A stretch of DNA of 39,376 bases from Selaginella moellendorffii. Lineage: Eukaryota > Plantae > Lycopodiophyta. Below are positions 13,811-25,450 of this stretch, in pieces. Under the pieces are notes generated by a model, which saw only the letters and a program-made list of their open reading frames with translations, had not been told where the DNA came from and made no database searches. Made by a program: the position numbers and the translations under genes. The number at the start of each line of letters is the position of its first letter. Position 1 is the stretch's first letter. Location: contig NW_003314371.1 in NCBI RefSeq assembly GCF_000143415.4, positions 47,833 to 87,208 of the forward strand. The letters are read 5' to 3'.

Positions 13811-15551
13811 GCTATCAAGGTTAGGGAAGTAGTTCCCGAGTGTTCAAAGAGAGGGCTTTGAACGAAAGTCGATGGTCAAGGACTTTCACGCTTATGCAGG
13901 AACCATGTTACAGTGGTCGGAGGACTTGCCAAGCGAGATTGGCACGTCGGGGGAACAAATACCCTAGTTGAAGGTGATAACTTCAAAAAGGGTGGGCCAT
14001 GGGGCCGAGCATGGAGGAGTCCATGCATGATCGCAGACATGTCAAGTGAGAGGACTTGGCAGTGTGGAGGAACTAGGTTCCTAAACTGTGATCTGTAGCG
14101 CGCTTTAAAAATAAGTTGGTGCACCGGCGTGGGGAGTCACGCCAGGCATCTTGTGTGATGCCGTCCGTAGATGCATATACGGAGGTTGGGTTCGAGTCCC
14201 GACCCTCTAGTGCTTGAGTTCGAGTCCCAAATCACTAGGGCGTGGTGATGGTTTGGAATATGAGGACACTCATATTTCGGTGGTCATGGACTCTCAGTGG
14301 GGAGACTGGTTTGGGCACACCGCCAAGCGAGGGATGCCTCGGAGTCGTGATGCACGGTTAGATTGCTTAGAGTGAAAGCTCGGCATATCTAACTTGAACG
14401 CTTTGGTGCAAGTGGCACCAAGGTCGTGGTGAGTGAGATGGGGACACCTAATCTCAGTTGCTATGAACCCTTGGCCGTAAGGGCTAGCTTGGGTGCACCG
14501 CCAAGTGTGGGGGATGCCCCCGGGGTTATAGTCAACAACTTGGAGGTCTAGAAGACCAAGTACCTATTGGCAACTCTGTTAAGGTGCCAAGGTGAGATCA
14601 CTAGGTGATCTTATGGCCAGATAAGGACAAGATCCTTGGTTGGCTAAGGAATGAAGTTCCTGGTTCAAAATATTGAAATTGAACTGTTTAAGGTGGTGTG
14701 GCTTGGTCGTGATGACCAAGTGGGAAGAGCACCTAAGGGAAATAAACTATGTCCGTGCGATGGCATAGTGAGTCTGAGGAAAGTAGTCTCTATAAAAGAC
14801 CCATAGGAGGGTCACGAAGTTGGGCCGTGGATAGAGCCCATAGCAGAAGATGCTAAAGAGACGTACTAGGGGTGAACATCCTCCGGACTTGGCAAAGAAG
14901 AGTCTTTGCTATGGAACCAAAACAATACCTCAAGGAGGGAGGTAGAGATTCGATGTTGCTTGGTGCAACAATCAACGGATAGGAGCAAAAGATGAGTGGC
15001 CAAGATAGGGCCGTGGAATCCCTTGGAAGGAATCCAAGTGACAAAGTTAGGCGAGGAACACTAATGTGTTGGACGCTAACAAGTTGCGGGAAAGGAAGTG
15101 TGTTTCCAGGGAGGGATTCCGAAATGCTCCGATTTGGCGAAAGTGGAAGCTCCAAGGGAGGGAGCGGTAAGGTAGCCAAATGATAGGGCCATGAACAGCC
15201 CTAGCACAAAAGTATGATAACTGGAACTTTGGCACGATATAGAAGAGAGGATGATGGTGCCCTTGAGTAGAGAACTTCCTAGGATGGGAAGTGGAGTTGC
15301 ACAAAAGGTGCAAGGCAAGGTGTCGGAGACACCTAGGAAATTGACTCCAAGAAGTCAAAATTCAAAGTTCCAAAGTGCAAAGGTTATATCGGTGGAACTT
15401 GAGACTACTTGAGAAGGAGTAGTGGGATTGACTTAAAGAAGGGTCTTTAAGAGGTTTAGTGAGAACTAAACCAATAAAAGGAGAGAACCACTATATGTGG
15501 TCCAATCAGTCTCTAAGTTGGAGAGACTACCCTCCTTAGAGGATATGCAAA

Positions 15552-15637
15552 AGGCATGGTGAGCCTTCAATGTCCAACCATTGACGAATATGGAGAAGGC
15601 ATGGTGAGCCTTCAATGTCACACCATTGACAAATATT
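15552..15637 (+). repeat. ~45-bp tandem duplication upstream of the PPT
   Basis: aggcatggtgagccttcaatgtc..accattgac.aatat occurs twice in tandem. Confidence 0.8.
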
Positions 15638-15726
15638 GGCTACGCGCCAAGGATGGAAATGGTAACACATGCGGGTGTTACTTTATAAAATGGTTCACCG
15701 TTCGATGAGGACATCGAACTTCGTCT

Positions 15727-15740
15727 ATGGGTGGTGGAGT
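15727..15740 (+). promoter_or_regulatory. Polypurine tract
   Basis: atgggtggtggagt immediately before the 3' LTR. Confidence 0.7.
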
Positions 15741-17501
15741 TGTGAGACACAAAATCCCTAGGCCCCAAAGTGGAGCCGAAAAGGGTGCCACGTGGTAGTG
15801 GCTGAAGCGAGAGCCAAACGAGCGTAACACGTTTGGACCAAAAGCTCCGACTTGAAAAGTCAAGAGCGGGAGTGGAACTCCCAACGAAGTGCTCGAGGAA
15901 CGAGCACGAAGCGAGCAAAAGGCGAGGCTCCAAAAAGGGACCCGAGTTGGAGTCCGAAGTGGAGTCCGAGATGGACCCGAGTTGGAGTCCGAAGTGGAGT
16001 CCGAGATGGACCCGAGTTGGAGTCCGAAGTGGAGTCCGAGATGGACCCGAGATGGAGTCCGAGATGGAGTCCGAAGTGGAGTCCGAGGTGGACCCGAGAT
16101 GGACCCGAGTTGGAGTCCGAAGTGGAGTCCGAGATGGACCCGAGATGGAGTCCGAGATGGAGTCCGAGATGGAGTCCGAGATGGAGTCCGAGGTGGACCC
16201 GAGATGGACCCGAAATGGAGTCTGAGATGGAGTCCGAGATGGACCCGAGATGGAACCCGAGATGGAGTCCGAGATGGACCCGAGATGGACCCGAGATGGA
16301 GTCCGAGATGGAGTCCGAGATGGAGTCCGAGATGGAGTCCGAAGTCGAGACCGAGACCGGGACCGAGACTGAGACCGAGACCGAGACCGAGATCGGGACC
16401 GAGACCGAGACCGAGGCCGAGGCCGAGACCGAGCCCGAGCCCGAGTCCGAGTCCGAATCCGAGTCCGAGTCCGAGTCCGAGTCCGAGTCCGAGTCCGGAG
16501 CCTGAGAGGGTGAAAGCCCAAAGCGTTCGTCTCCCAGACCCTAGGGGGTTTGGTGAGCTCCAAAAGTATAGTAGGGGGAGGACTGCAGTGGAGCCAGTTT
16601 GGCCAGGAAAGGCTAGTTTGGCCCAGGAAGGCCGGACCCAGTGTTGGGTGATGAGCTGCCCACTGGGAAGTCCAAGACTAGAGTGAACACGGACCGACAA
16701 GCGGGGTAGCTTGGTGAAGTGTTCAAGAGCCGGCTCTAGTTCCCCCGGGAGATCGACTGGCCGATGCTCCCAGTCCAAGTGTGGGTGGCACTACCTACTT
16801 GGATACCAGGCGTGGCTCAACGGAACCTCGCTCTAAGCCCATGGCTAGAGCACCTAAAGGCGAAAGGTGGGGAGAGTACCCAGGTGGCTCGCGTAAGGCC
16901 ACGGTGTTCCGAAATGGTGTCCCAAAGTCCCAGACTGTGGAAAGGAAGAGGGGTAGCCCTCTGGTGGGGTAGCCAAGGACACAGTCACACAGTGAGGAAG
17001 TCCTCGAGGATAGTGGGACTTAGTGGTCGAGCCGGTGGGCCTTGATCCAGTGGCAGTGTTGGCGAACACAGCCAAGGACAAAAAGGGACTTGGTGGAGAC
17101 CGGAACAGAGATATTGGGGAAGGCTATTCCCCATGTCTGTAGGCATCCTAAGGATGTTAAGGAGTGGATCTGGGATGATCCCTCATGGACGAATGACCCA
17201 GTCTTTGAGAGACGGGATTGGAATGCAGGTGGTGTTGGACCACCAGTGTGACCAAGGTAATTGGGCATGGCCTTAGCGTAACGGGCCGATACGTCGGTGG
17301 TACCTTGGGGTGTCGATCATGGGATCGGACACGTGGAGCACTTGGACCAAGTGCTAAGGTTGAGTGGCATGGATGCCATTCTCGGGGCTAGCAAGCCCCA
17401 AGTCCTGAGTTGGACTTATGGAGGTTGTGAATGAGACTCCTCCAAGTGGTCGGAGGTGTGGTTAAGTGACTAAAGTAGAATGGAAAAATTAGTCGCTTAC
17501 A
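15741..17501 (+). repeat. 3' LTR (1761 bp)
   Basis: Direct repeat of 9879-11639, followed by TSD CTGAG. Confidence 0.95.
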
Positions 17502-17515
17502 CTGAGGTGTCAAAG

Positions 17516-17615
17516 NNNNNNNNNNNNNNNNNNNNNNNNNNNNNNNNNNNNNNNNNNNNNNNNNNNNNNNNNNNNNNNNNNNNNNNNNNNNNNNNNNNNN
17601 NNNNNNNNNNNNNNN
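17516..17615. other. Assembly gap (100 N)
   Basis: Run of N. Confidence 1.
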
Positions 17616-17644
17616 TCATCGGATGAAACTAAGTCCAAGATCAA

Positions 17645-18243
17645 GTAAGCAACTAAGTGTGCCAGTCTACTGTAGTCACTTAACCGCACCTCCGACCACT
17701 TGGAGGAGTCTCATTCATAACCTCCATAAGTCCCATTCAGGACTTGGGGCTTGCTAGCCCCGAGAATGGCATCCATGCCACTCAACCTTTGCACTTGGTC
17801 CAAGTGCTCTATGTGTCTGAACCCATGACCGACACCCCAAGGTACCACCAACCTCTCAGCCCGTTACGCTAAGGACCTTGGTCACACTAGTGGTCCAACA
17901 CCACCTGCATCGCAGTCCCGTCTCTCAAAGATTAGGCCATCCGTTTATGGGTGATCATCCCAGATCCATTCCTTAACATCCTTAGGATGCCCACAGACAT
18001 TGGGAGACACATGCTTTGGGCTTTCACCCCATGACCTGTATTAGTATTCGGACTTAGTCTTGGACTCAATCTTGGACTCAGTCTCGGACTCGGTCTCAGA
18101 CTCGATCTCAGACCAAAGCTTAGACTCAGTCTCGGACTCAATCTCGGACTCGGTCTTGGACCCGATTTCAAATCTTGGACTTGGTTTCGAACTTGGTCTC
18201 AGACTCAATCTCAGACTCAGTTTTGAACTCAGTCTTAGACTCA
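17645..18243 (-). mobile_element. Inverted, internally deleted LTR fragment (mosaic of the two LTR families)
   Basis: 17645-18000 is the reverse complement of the 3' part of the 1761-bp LTR. 18013-18060 matches the 1148-bp LTR (gctttgggctttcacccc..gacc.gtattagtatt.ggacttagtct). Confidence 0.8.
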
Positions 18244-19080
18244 TGTGAGACACAAAATCCCTAGGCCCCAAAGTGGAGCCGGAAGGGTGCCATGTGCTAG
18301 TGGCTGAAGCGAAAACCAAACAAGTGTAACAAGTTTGGACTAAAAGATCTGACTTGAAAGGTTGAGAGCAGGAGTGGAACTCCCAACGAAGTGCTCAAGG
18401 AATAAGCATGGAGCAAGCAATAAGTGAGTCTCTAAAAAAGGGACACAAGAGGACCAACACATGACACATGAAAGTGTTTGAGATGGAGTCCAAGATGGAT
18501 CCAAGATGGACCCGAGATGGACCCGAGATGGAGTCCGAGATGGAGTTCGAGATGGATCTAAGATGGACCCAAGATGGACCCGAGATGGAGTCCGAGATGG
18601 ACCCGAGATGGAGTCTGAGATGGAGTTCGAAATGGACCCGAGATGGAGTCCGAGATGGACCCAAAATGGACCCGAGATGGAGTCCGAGATGGAGTCTGTG
18701 ATGGATCTAAGATGGACCTGAGATGGACCCGAGATGGAGTTCGAGATGGAGTCCTAGATGGAGTCTGAGATGGAGTTCGAGATGGAGTCTGAGATGGATC
18801 CGAGATGGACCCGAGATGGACCCGAGATGGAGTCTGAGATGGAGTCCAAGATGGACCCGAGATGGTGTCCGAAAAGGACCCGAGATGGAGTCCAAAGTCG
18901 AGATCGAGACCGAGACCAAGGCCGAGGCTGAGACCGAGCCCAAGGCCAAGGCTGAGACCGAGCCCAAGCCGAGTCCGAGTCCGAGTCCGAGTCCAAGTCC
19001 AAGTCTGAGTTCGAGTCTGAGAGGGTGAAAGCCTAAAGCGTTCATCTCCCAGACCCTAGGGGGTTTGGTGAGCTCCAAAA
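18244..19080 (+). mobile_element. Diverged 1761-family LTR 5' part, interrupted by the DNA transposon
   Basis: Starts tgtgagacacaaaatccctagg and stops at ggtgagctccaaaa, where intact copies continue gtatagtaggg. Confidence 0.9.
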
Positions 19081-19104
19081 AAGCTCTATTTCGTTAAAGT
19101 GGGA
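19081..19104 (+). repeat. Left TIR
   Basis: Exact reverse complement of 33540-33563. Confidence 0.95.
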
Positions 19105-19511
19105 ATTGTCATTATCCCACTTGTAAAATAAGGTTTCCAAACCTTTATATAGTATATAAATATAACAAAATTCAACTGCATTGAGGCACATGCCATTTTA
19201 TTTTAAACAAGGAAATGTCTACTCAATCACTTCTCACTACTTCACCTCTCTCTTCTCCTTGTCATCGTCGTCCAATTTCTTTCCATCCTTTTAATATTGG
19301 CTCAGTTGCTCCGAGTCTAGGTGGAGCCCAAGTCCCCATTCAATCTTTACTTTCCCCTTATTAATAAAACAACTTCGTAGACTTCCAATAACATGCTGTA
19401 ACACTTCTAGTATAATGCAAATCCTCTCAAAGAATTGTCTTTTAATATTAATACAATGGCATGGAACCCCATGCCATAATAAGTTACATTTTTAAATAAA
19501 TACATGCCATC

Positions 19512-20374
19512 TCAGACTGTTATTTTTTGCCTCCAACGCCTATACAATAATCTTGGAATTTCATCACTCTCCACACTATCAGGATTTAAACCCAATAGTA
19601 ATGCCATCTCTTCTCTAATACGTCCACGCTCATGTTCAGTGGTCGAAGAACCCATCCGGTTGAGCAGATTATGGAGATGCGGATAGTGCTTGGCTAGACA
19701 ATATACATGCCATAAATGATGACTGGTGTCTGTCCGATCAAATGGCTTCTGATATACCGTTCCATCTGCCATTTGGTTGATTTCTGCAGCCACCTCCTGG
19801 ACTGGCCGGTTCTCTATCACCATCGCTTCAAGCCGTTTTGCAAGGTCCCCCAGAACATACGGTTTCTTCTCCCTAGTTTCCATACTGCAAGAGATGGGGT
19901 GCACTGCATATGTGTGCGTGTTCACTGCAGTTTTAATCGGCGAGTCATCGATGATGAGGATTTCACTTGACCTAGCAGTCCGGTTCATCACTACAGCCTC
20001 TGGCTTGACGAAGATGGGCTTGCTACCCCTCACATGGACCATAGTCAAGCAATCCTCCTGCGTTAGGAGAAAGTCAAATGGTAATATTACTCGCGTCTGA
20101 TCGTGCATCATCTGTAGCAACGTTAATGCATTGTGGCGCATCATGGATGTCCAAACTCTCAATTGCAAATTGAACCCGGCCCTCTGTTTTAAGTGTCGCA
20201 TAGTCATTATTAGATCCCGCAGTTTCTCCCGTGTGATTAATGTGAATCTGTCTCTTTTGACCAACTTGCGACCGCAGGCTTTGGAGGGTGCAGTGACATT
20301 CGAGGACGAGCCATGCTCATGGGAGAAAAGGACACCGTTCAGATCAAAAACGATACAGTACTTTCGCCGTGACT
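19512..20374 (-). CDS. Last exon: FCP1/NIF-like HAD phosphatase domain
   Basis: HAD motifs IVFDLNGVL (I), VWTSM (II), IFVKP (III) and LIIDDSPIK (IV), plus LTQEDC. Confidence 0.8.
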
Positions 20375-21964
20375 CTGAAATGAAATGCGTTAGCATAAAA
20401 AATGGTACAAGTCAATTTTACCATCTACAATATTAGCGAATGGTGCTCCCGATGGTCGTTCAGAGGGTTTTGGTCGAGGAAACGTGAAGGGCGGAAATAC
20501 TCTCCTCTGCAATGTGGGGTCAATCGCATCCGATGGCGTGTGGGCACATGCCATTTCAGCTGTAGACTCTGGTACAACTGGCTCAACAGTGGCATGGGGT
20601 GGTTCCGATGGCGTGTGATCACACGCCATTTCAGCTGGTGCCTCCGTTGGCAAAGTGGACATGACCGAACAGGCAGCAGGGGCGGTGTAGGGAGGTTCTA
20701 ACGGCGCGTAGTCAGACGATTGGGCACACGTTGGAAATGAGGATACGACCGGCTCGGCGGCTGGGGCGGCCTCATGCGGGTCCAATGGCGCCTGGTCACC
20801 GTCAGTTGGATACGTGGACAAGATTGACTCAGTGGTATGGGCAGCATCAAGTGGAGCGTGGTCAGCTTGCTTGGCGTTGATATGGATAGTAGCCTCCACC
20901 AGCTCTGATGACTCTTGCAGGCAAGTAGAGTCCACTGGCGGATCCATATGCATGTCCAAATATCTCCCTTCGATTGAGATGGTATCCTCCCGTGCTACTA
21001 AAAACAAACTCATTAGCACATTGAATCAACTATACTGTATTTACCATCAACTGCTATTGAGGAACTAGGACCGATATCACTTGGGCGCACTGCTGATTCT
21101 GAAGGATTGGACATACGTTTCGACCCTTGCTTGGCACTATCCTTCCTCGACACTAAAGGCTAGAGTTTGTATCTTAATTCAACTGAATAATCTCTACTTA
21201 CCATTTCTTCTGCGACCTACATGGACAATGTTAGAAATGGTAAAAGGTTAGGAATGGATGTACTATTATTTACCTGATGGTTTGTCTTGTATGACCTTCC
21301 TCCGCTGCTCTTTGGCCACCTCAGGCTGGCCATCATCGTCATCATCGTCATCGTCGTTATTGTGATCGTCACCATTGTGAGGACCATCCAAGTCCTCTTC
21401 GTCCTCCTCTTCTTCGTCCTCCTCTTCTTCGTCCTCCTCTTCTTTGTCCTCCTCTTCGTCCTTCTGCTCTTCCTGCTCATTATCTTTCTCTGGCTCCTCA
21501 TCCCCCTCTTGCATTTCTTCCATAGGCTGCTCAGGCTGGATTGCTTGTTTTTCCAGGACCATCTTGGAAAAATCATCTGGCCGAGTCTCCATCTCAAAAT
21601 ACAAGACATCCATAGCCTGTTTTAGTGCGTGACCTAGGACCGTATCCTCACCCGACTGTCTTAACATGGTTTCTGCACGTTCTTGCACCCTTCGAAGACG
21701 ACGAGATGAGAAAAACGTGGCCCTGACTTGAAAAGCATCCCTCATCCATTGTACCTCTCCATTGAGATTGGGGAAGGGGAGTCTGCCATAGGAATCTGAG
21801 TCAGAAGGTGGTGACTGGCTCCTTTCACTCAGCCCTTGATCTGCAATGAATGGCATGAGCACACACGCCATAACCGCGAGGCATTACCTATCATCTTTTC
21901 GTTGCCCTTCTTCCTTTTCGAATCAAACGCCTCTGATCCCGACGACTGTCCAACGTGCTTTCGC

Positions 21965-22064
21965 NNNNNNNNNNNNNNNNNNNNNNNNNNNNNNNNNNNN
22001 NNNNNNNNNNNNNNNNNNNNNNNNNNNNNNNNNNNNNNNNNNNNNNNNNNNNNNNNNNNNNNNN
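21965..22064. other. Assembly gap (100 N)
   Basis: Run of N within the cargo gene. Confidence 1.
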
Positions 22065-22421
22065 CTGTCAGTTTGAGCTTGGCTGGTGCTTGCCTGTTTT
22101 GCCTTTGAAGAAGTGTCTCCTGCAAGGAATGGCATGAGACCACACGCCATTGCAAATATAATTTGTACCTCCTTTTTTCCTATTGCTTGTCTGTTTGTCC
22201 TTCTTCGACGCGCCACCAGTGCGCTTTTCAGTCCTCGTGTCTGAATATTCACAACGATCTATAATCAAAATGGCGTGAGGCCTCACGTGACCTTACCTTG
22301 TGCAGGTTGTGACCTCGGCCTAACATCAGTAGCTGTTAACGCCATTTCAGCATCTGGGGGTGGCCACGCTCCTGCATACAGAGCTTGTGAGATAACATTT
22401 AAACTTAAAGTGCGTACTCAC

Positions 22422-23130
22422 CAGGTTCGTAGAGAAGATACTGTTTTTCTTTGGCAACTGTAATTATATGCTCCATTGAAGTCACCTCTTCAATGGAGTT
22501 TGTCACCGCAACACACAGGACACCCTTGAGTAGTGCGGCTCGAAAGAATAGTCCGCTGCAGTTGTACTCGACAACGCATTTGCCCTTGGAGTCACCCGCT
22601 ATTGCGTTGAAGACCCAGCTGAGCATTTCCCATGCTGCACCTGGAGCTTTCTTTGGATTCGAAAGCTCCATAGCCGTCTTCAGTTCCTCAGGCACGGGTA
22701 AATTGACCTCCCTCAGATCAATTCGATCGGCTTTGTTGAACGAAGCTGGGAAGTCACTCCAGTCCCACTCTGCTGCAGGACCAATAACAAGGGCGACTGT
22801 GAAGATGCGGACATTCGTCGGTATCTTCTTCTTAGCCATTATCCCATGGATCTCCCGCATCTCCTTGCCTTTCAACCGAGCCTTCACCTCGTTCAAGGCC
22901 TTCCAGAACTTGTGATAGGATTCGGAGTCGTAGATCATATAGTGGACTGAAGATTCCACCTCCGCAAGTCCCACCATTAAGTCAATGATGGAGCTGACTT
23001 CGTCTGCATGAGTGATCTCCTCGTTTGTGAAGTCCATCACACAAAAGATGTTCTTGACCTACTCATCTCCGCAGGAAACGATGCTCCTCCACCTTTGATC
23101 CTCATCCGAATTCACGTATACCCGGTAAGG
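22422..23130 (-). CDS. Exon segment: degenerate N4/N6 (beta-class) DNA methyltransferase-like fold
   Basis: IFCVMDFT sits at the expected motif IV (DPPY) position. The C-terminal KKAP..WEMLSWVF..GD..CVVEYNCSG.FFRAALLKG..CVAV parallels KP..L..LI...GD.VLDPFxGSG...AA...GR..IG. Confidence 0.5.
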
Positions 23131-23792
23131 TTCTCGATAGGCCTCTGCTGCGGGGTCGAGCTGTTTCTGAAGCCGGCGGTCGACATCCCTCTTAATGAAA
23201 TTTGGATACTGATCCAACTTCTCAGCTTTACTTTTCGTGGCATCCCGCAGCAGATCGATGAACTTGGGGGCCCCCTTCACGTACTCGTCGATGTCTTCAT
23301 TTGACAAGTCCAGCTCTTCCATCATCTCTTGCGTGGTGTCGATGCTCACCCTCGCCACGGCCACTTGCTCGAAGATCCAATCCTTCAATAGCGCACGAGC
23401 TCTCAGAGTCGTGCACAAGTCCTCGTATGTCACAATATGGCCGGGAGTCATTTTGGTCTTGTTGAAGACTACCTCACCACGTAGAAGAGCATTAGCCACT
23501 GTCAGAAGGTCGTCGTCGTCTAGAGACCGCGAGAAATGCAAGGCGTTGAGCTTCAAATCATTGGGCTTCTGGCCGTCCTCCACACCCATTGAGTTTAGCA
23601 ACTCCCTGTCATGGTACCTCCTTAGCACATCTACCCATTTGTCAAAAACAACTTTTGTCGCGAGTAGAATGTTATGGATGCTGAGTGTGTCATTGACCCG
23701 CAGTGTTTTCGAGAGAAGACTCGAGAATTCCTGCAATGGAAACGGCGTGAGGCCACATGCTATGCCACATGCAACGAGGCTTACCTGCCAGG

Positions 23793-24940
23793 TGTAAGCC
23801 ACAAATTTTTCCTTTCCAATTTGCTAGCTTACCTCGTCTATCCGTCCAACATTGCCTTGGCTTTTGCTAAGTTCCCTTGCCAAGGTTCTCGCCTATGGTA
23901 CCAGCTCCTACTTGGTTTCAGCTACTCACTGCACGAGCAATGGAGCGTTAGCCATCCTTCCACGGATTCCCAAATCACTCCCAATCCCCCTCCCCGGGTT
24001 AGACTGGACTTAAGGTTCGGCTACACTCCCCGCAAGCACAAGCAGCCAAGCACACCAAGCTTCCAGGTTCCTAACATCCCTTGGTACCACAAGACTTGAT
24101 CATGGGACCCTCTAAATCCCAAGTCTTGAGTGCAACACTTGCTTCGGGACGCCGGGGCGAAACACCGTGGCCTAACGGCCCGGCATGGGTACCTCTCGCC
24201 CCCCACTTCCATCCCGAAGGAAGGCCCAAGCCCCTAGGAAGGGCGAGGACCAATGAGCCGCATGGTACTCAAGTGGGGCACCACTCCACATGAGCCGGGA
24301 GCACCGCAATCGGTTTCCCTTTCGGGAGTGGGAGCTGCTCTTGAGCACTTCCTTGGATGGCCCCTCCGGCACCAACCAAGTCCATGCTCACTCCCACCCA
24401 AGGCCCCTCGGTCCCAGTCCCAACCTCAAGTCAGTTTGGGAGCCCCACTGGAGAGTCCCTTCTAAACTGGTTCCTGGACCTCACTATCCCTACTATACTT
24501 TTGGAACCCCCTGCAGCCCCCCCCCCCTGGGGGACGCACGCTTTGGGCTTTCACCCCTTGACCCGTATTAGTATTTGGACTTAGTCTCTGGCTCGATCTC
24601 GGATCCGATTTCGGATCCGACTTCGGATTCGGTCTCGGACTCGATCGCGGACTCGATCTCGGACCCGATCTCGGGCCCGACCTCGGACTCGACTTCGGAC
24701 TCGGTCTCGGACCCGATTTCGGATCTCGGACTCCGTCTCGAACTCGGTCTCGAACTCGGACTCGAACTCGGTCCCCGAGTCGGTCTTGGACTCGATTCCG
24801 GACTCTATCTCGAACTCGGTCCTAGAGTCGGTCTTGGACTCGATCTTTGACTTGGTCCCATCCGATGAACTCTTTGTCATTTTGGTCATGCTTTCGGGGT
24901 TCCCTTAGCCTACGACACCTCGGCGAGTTGGTTCCTTACA
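23793..24940 (-). mobile_element. Solo LTR (1148 bp) of the Gypsy family at 33568, inserted in a cargo-gene exon
   Basis: TG...CA ends; TSD CCAGG (23788-23792, 24941-24945); near-identical reverse complement of 33568-34715; no PBS or internal region adjacent. Confidence 0.95.
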
Positions 24941-25039
24941 CCAGGCGCTAGTTGCTAGTGCACGTCCTTGTCCTGGTTTTTGTGGCTTCTTCAGTTGAAC
25001 CCAGAGCTTCCGTGTTCGTGCCAATGTCTCGTGCAGACC

Positions 25040-25450
25040 CGATTTGTAGCACGTTTCTTGCTTGACATTCTGCGCGTGGGAGATGTATATGATAGATCGG
25101 AGGGGCGAGTTGCCTTTTATCAGGCGGACAACTCTTGTCTTGAAGACTTTCTTCACCTCCTCGCCCACCATAATATCCACAACTATCTATTGCATCGCCA
25201 AGCTAGAATGCTGCCCGGAGATGGCATAGAACCGGATGTTCTGATCGTCCAACACCTTCCTATTGATCAAGTCTGGAAACCTCGTCTCGCCCTTCATTGT
25301 TTGGTAGTAGGGGATCACGTCTGCGATGTCGGGTGTTACTGGACTTGCCAGCATCTTCTGCTTCAGTTTCTCCACCCACTCATCAGATACTAGCCTGTGG
25401 TTGTATTTGCTTTGGATCTCGATACAGCTCACGTCGATTGTATATACTTT
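25040..25450 (-). CDS. Exon segment: ParB/Sulfiredoxin-like domain
   Basis: YTIDVSCI...YNHRLVSDEWVEKLKQKM...FYAISGQHSSLAM fits the ParB/Srx pattern (R......V..L...I; hh(D/S)GxHR..A). His is followed by Ser instead of Arg. Confidence 0.65.

Larger units (their letters stand above)
9879..17501 (+). mobile_element. Full-length non-autonomous LTR retrotransposon (7.6 kb), recently inserted
   Basis: Two 1761-bp TG...CA LTRs; 5-bp TSD CTGAG (9874-9878 and 17502-17506); PBS and PPT present; no intact ORF. Confidence 0.95.
9857..17644 (+). mobile_element. Interrupted 5' part of an LTR related to the 1148-bp LTR family (host of the 9879-17501 insertion)
   Basis: tgtaaggaaccaactctctgag (9857-9878), gtgtc (17507) and tcatcggatgaaactaagtccaagatcaagt (17616) together match the start of LTR 33568 (tgtaaggaaccaactcgccgaggtgtc...tcatcggatgggaccaagtcaaagatcgagt). 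Confidence 0.8.

Noticed and set aside
21287-21632. Hydrophobic membrane-protein-like ORF on the + strand
   Set aside because: Antisense shadow of the acidic D/E-rich exon of the cargo gene.
22422-23130. Catalytically active DNA methyltransferase
   Set aside because: Canonical (D/S/N)PP(Y/F) and FxGxG motifs are not present; at most a degenerate fold.
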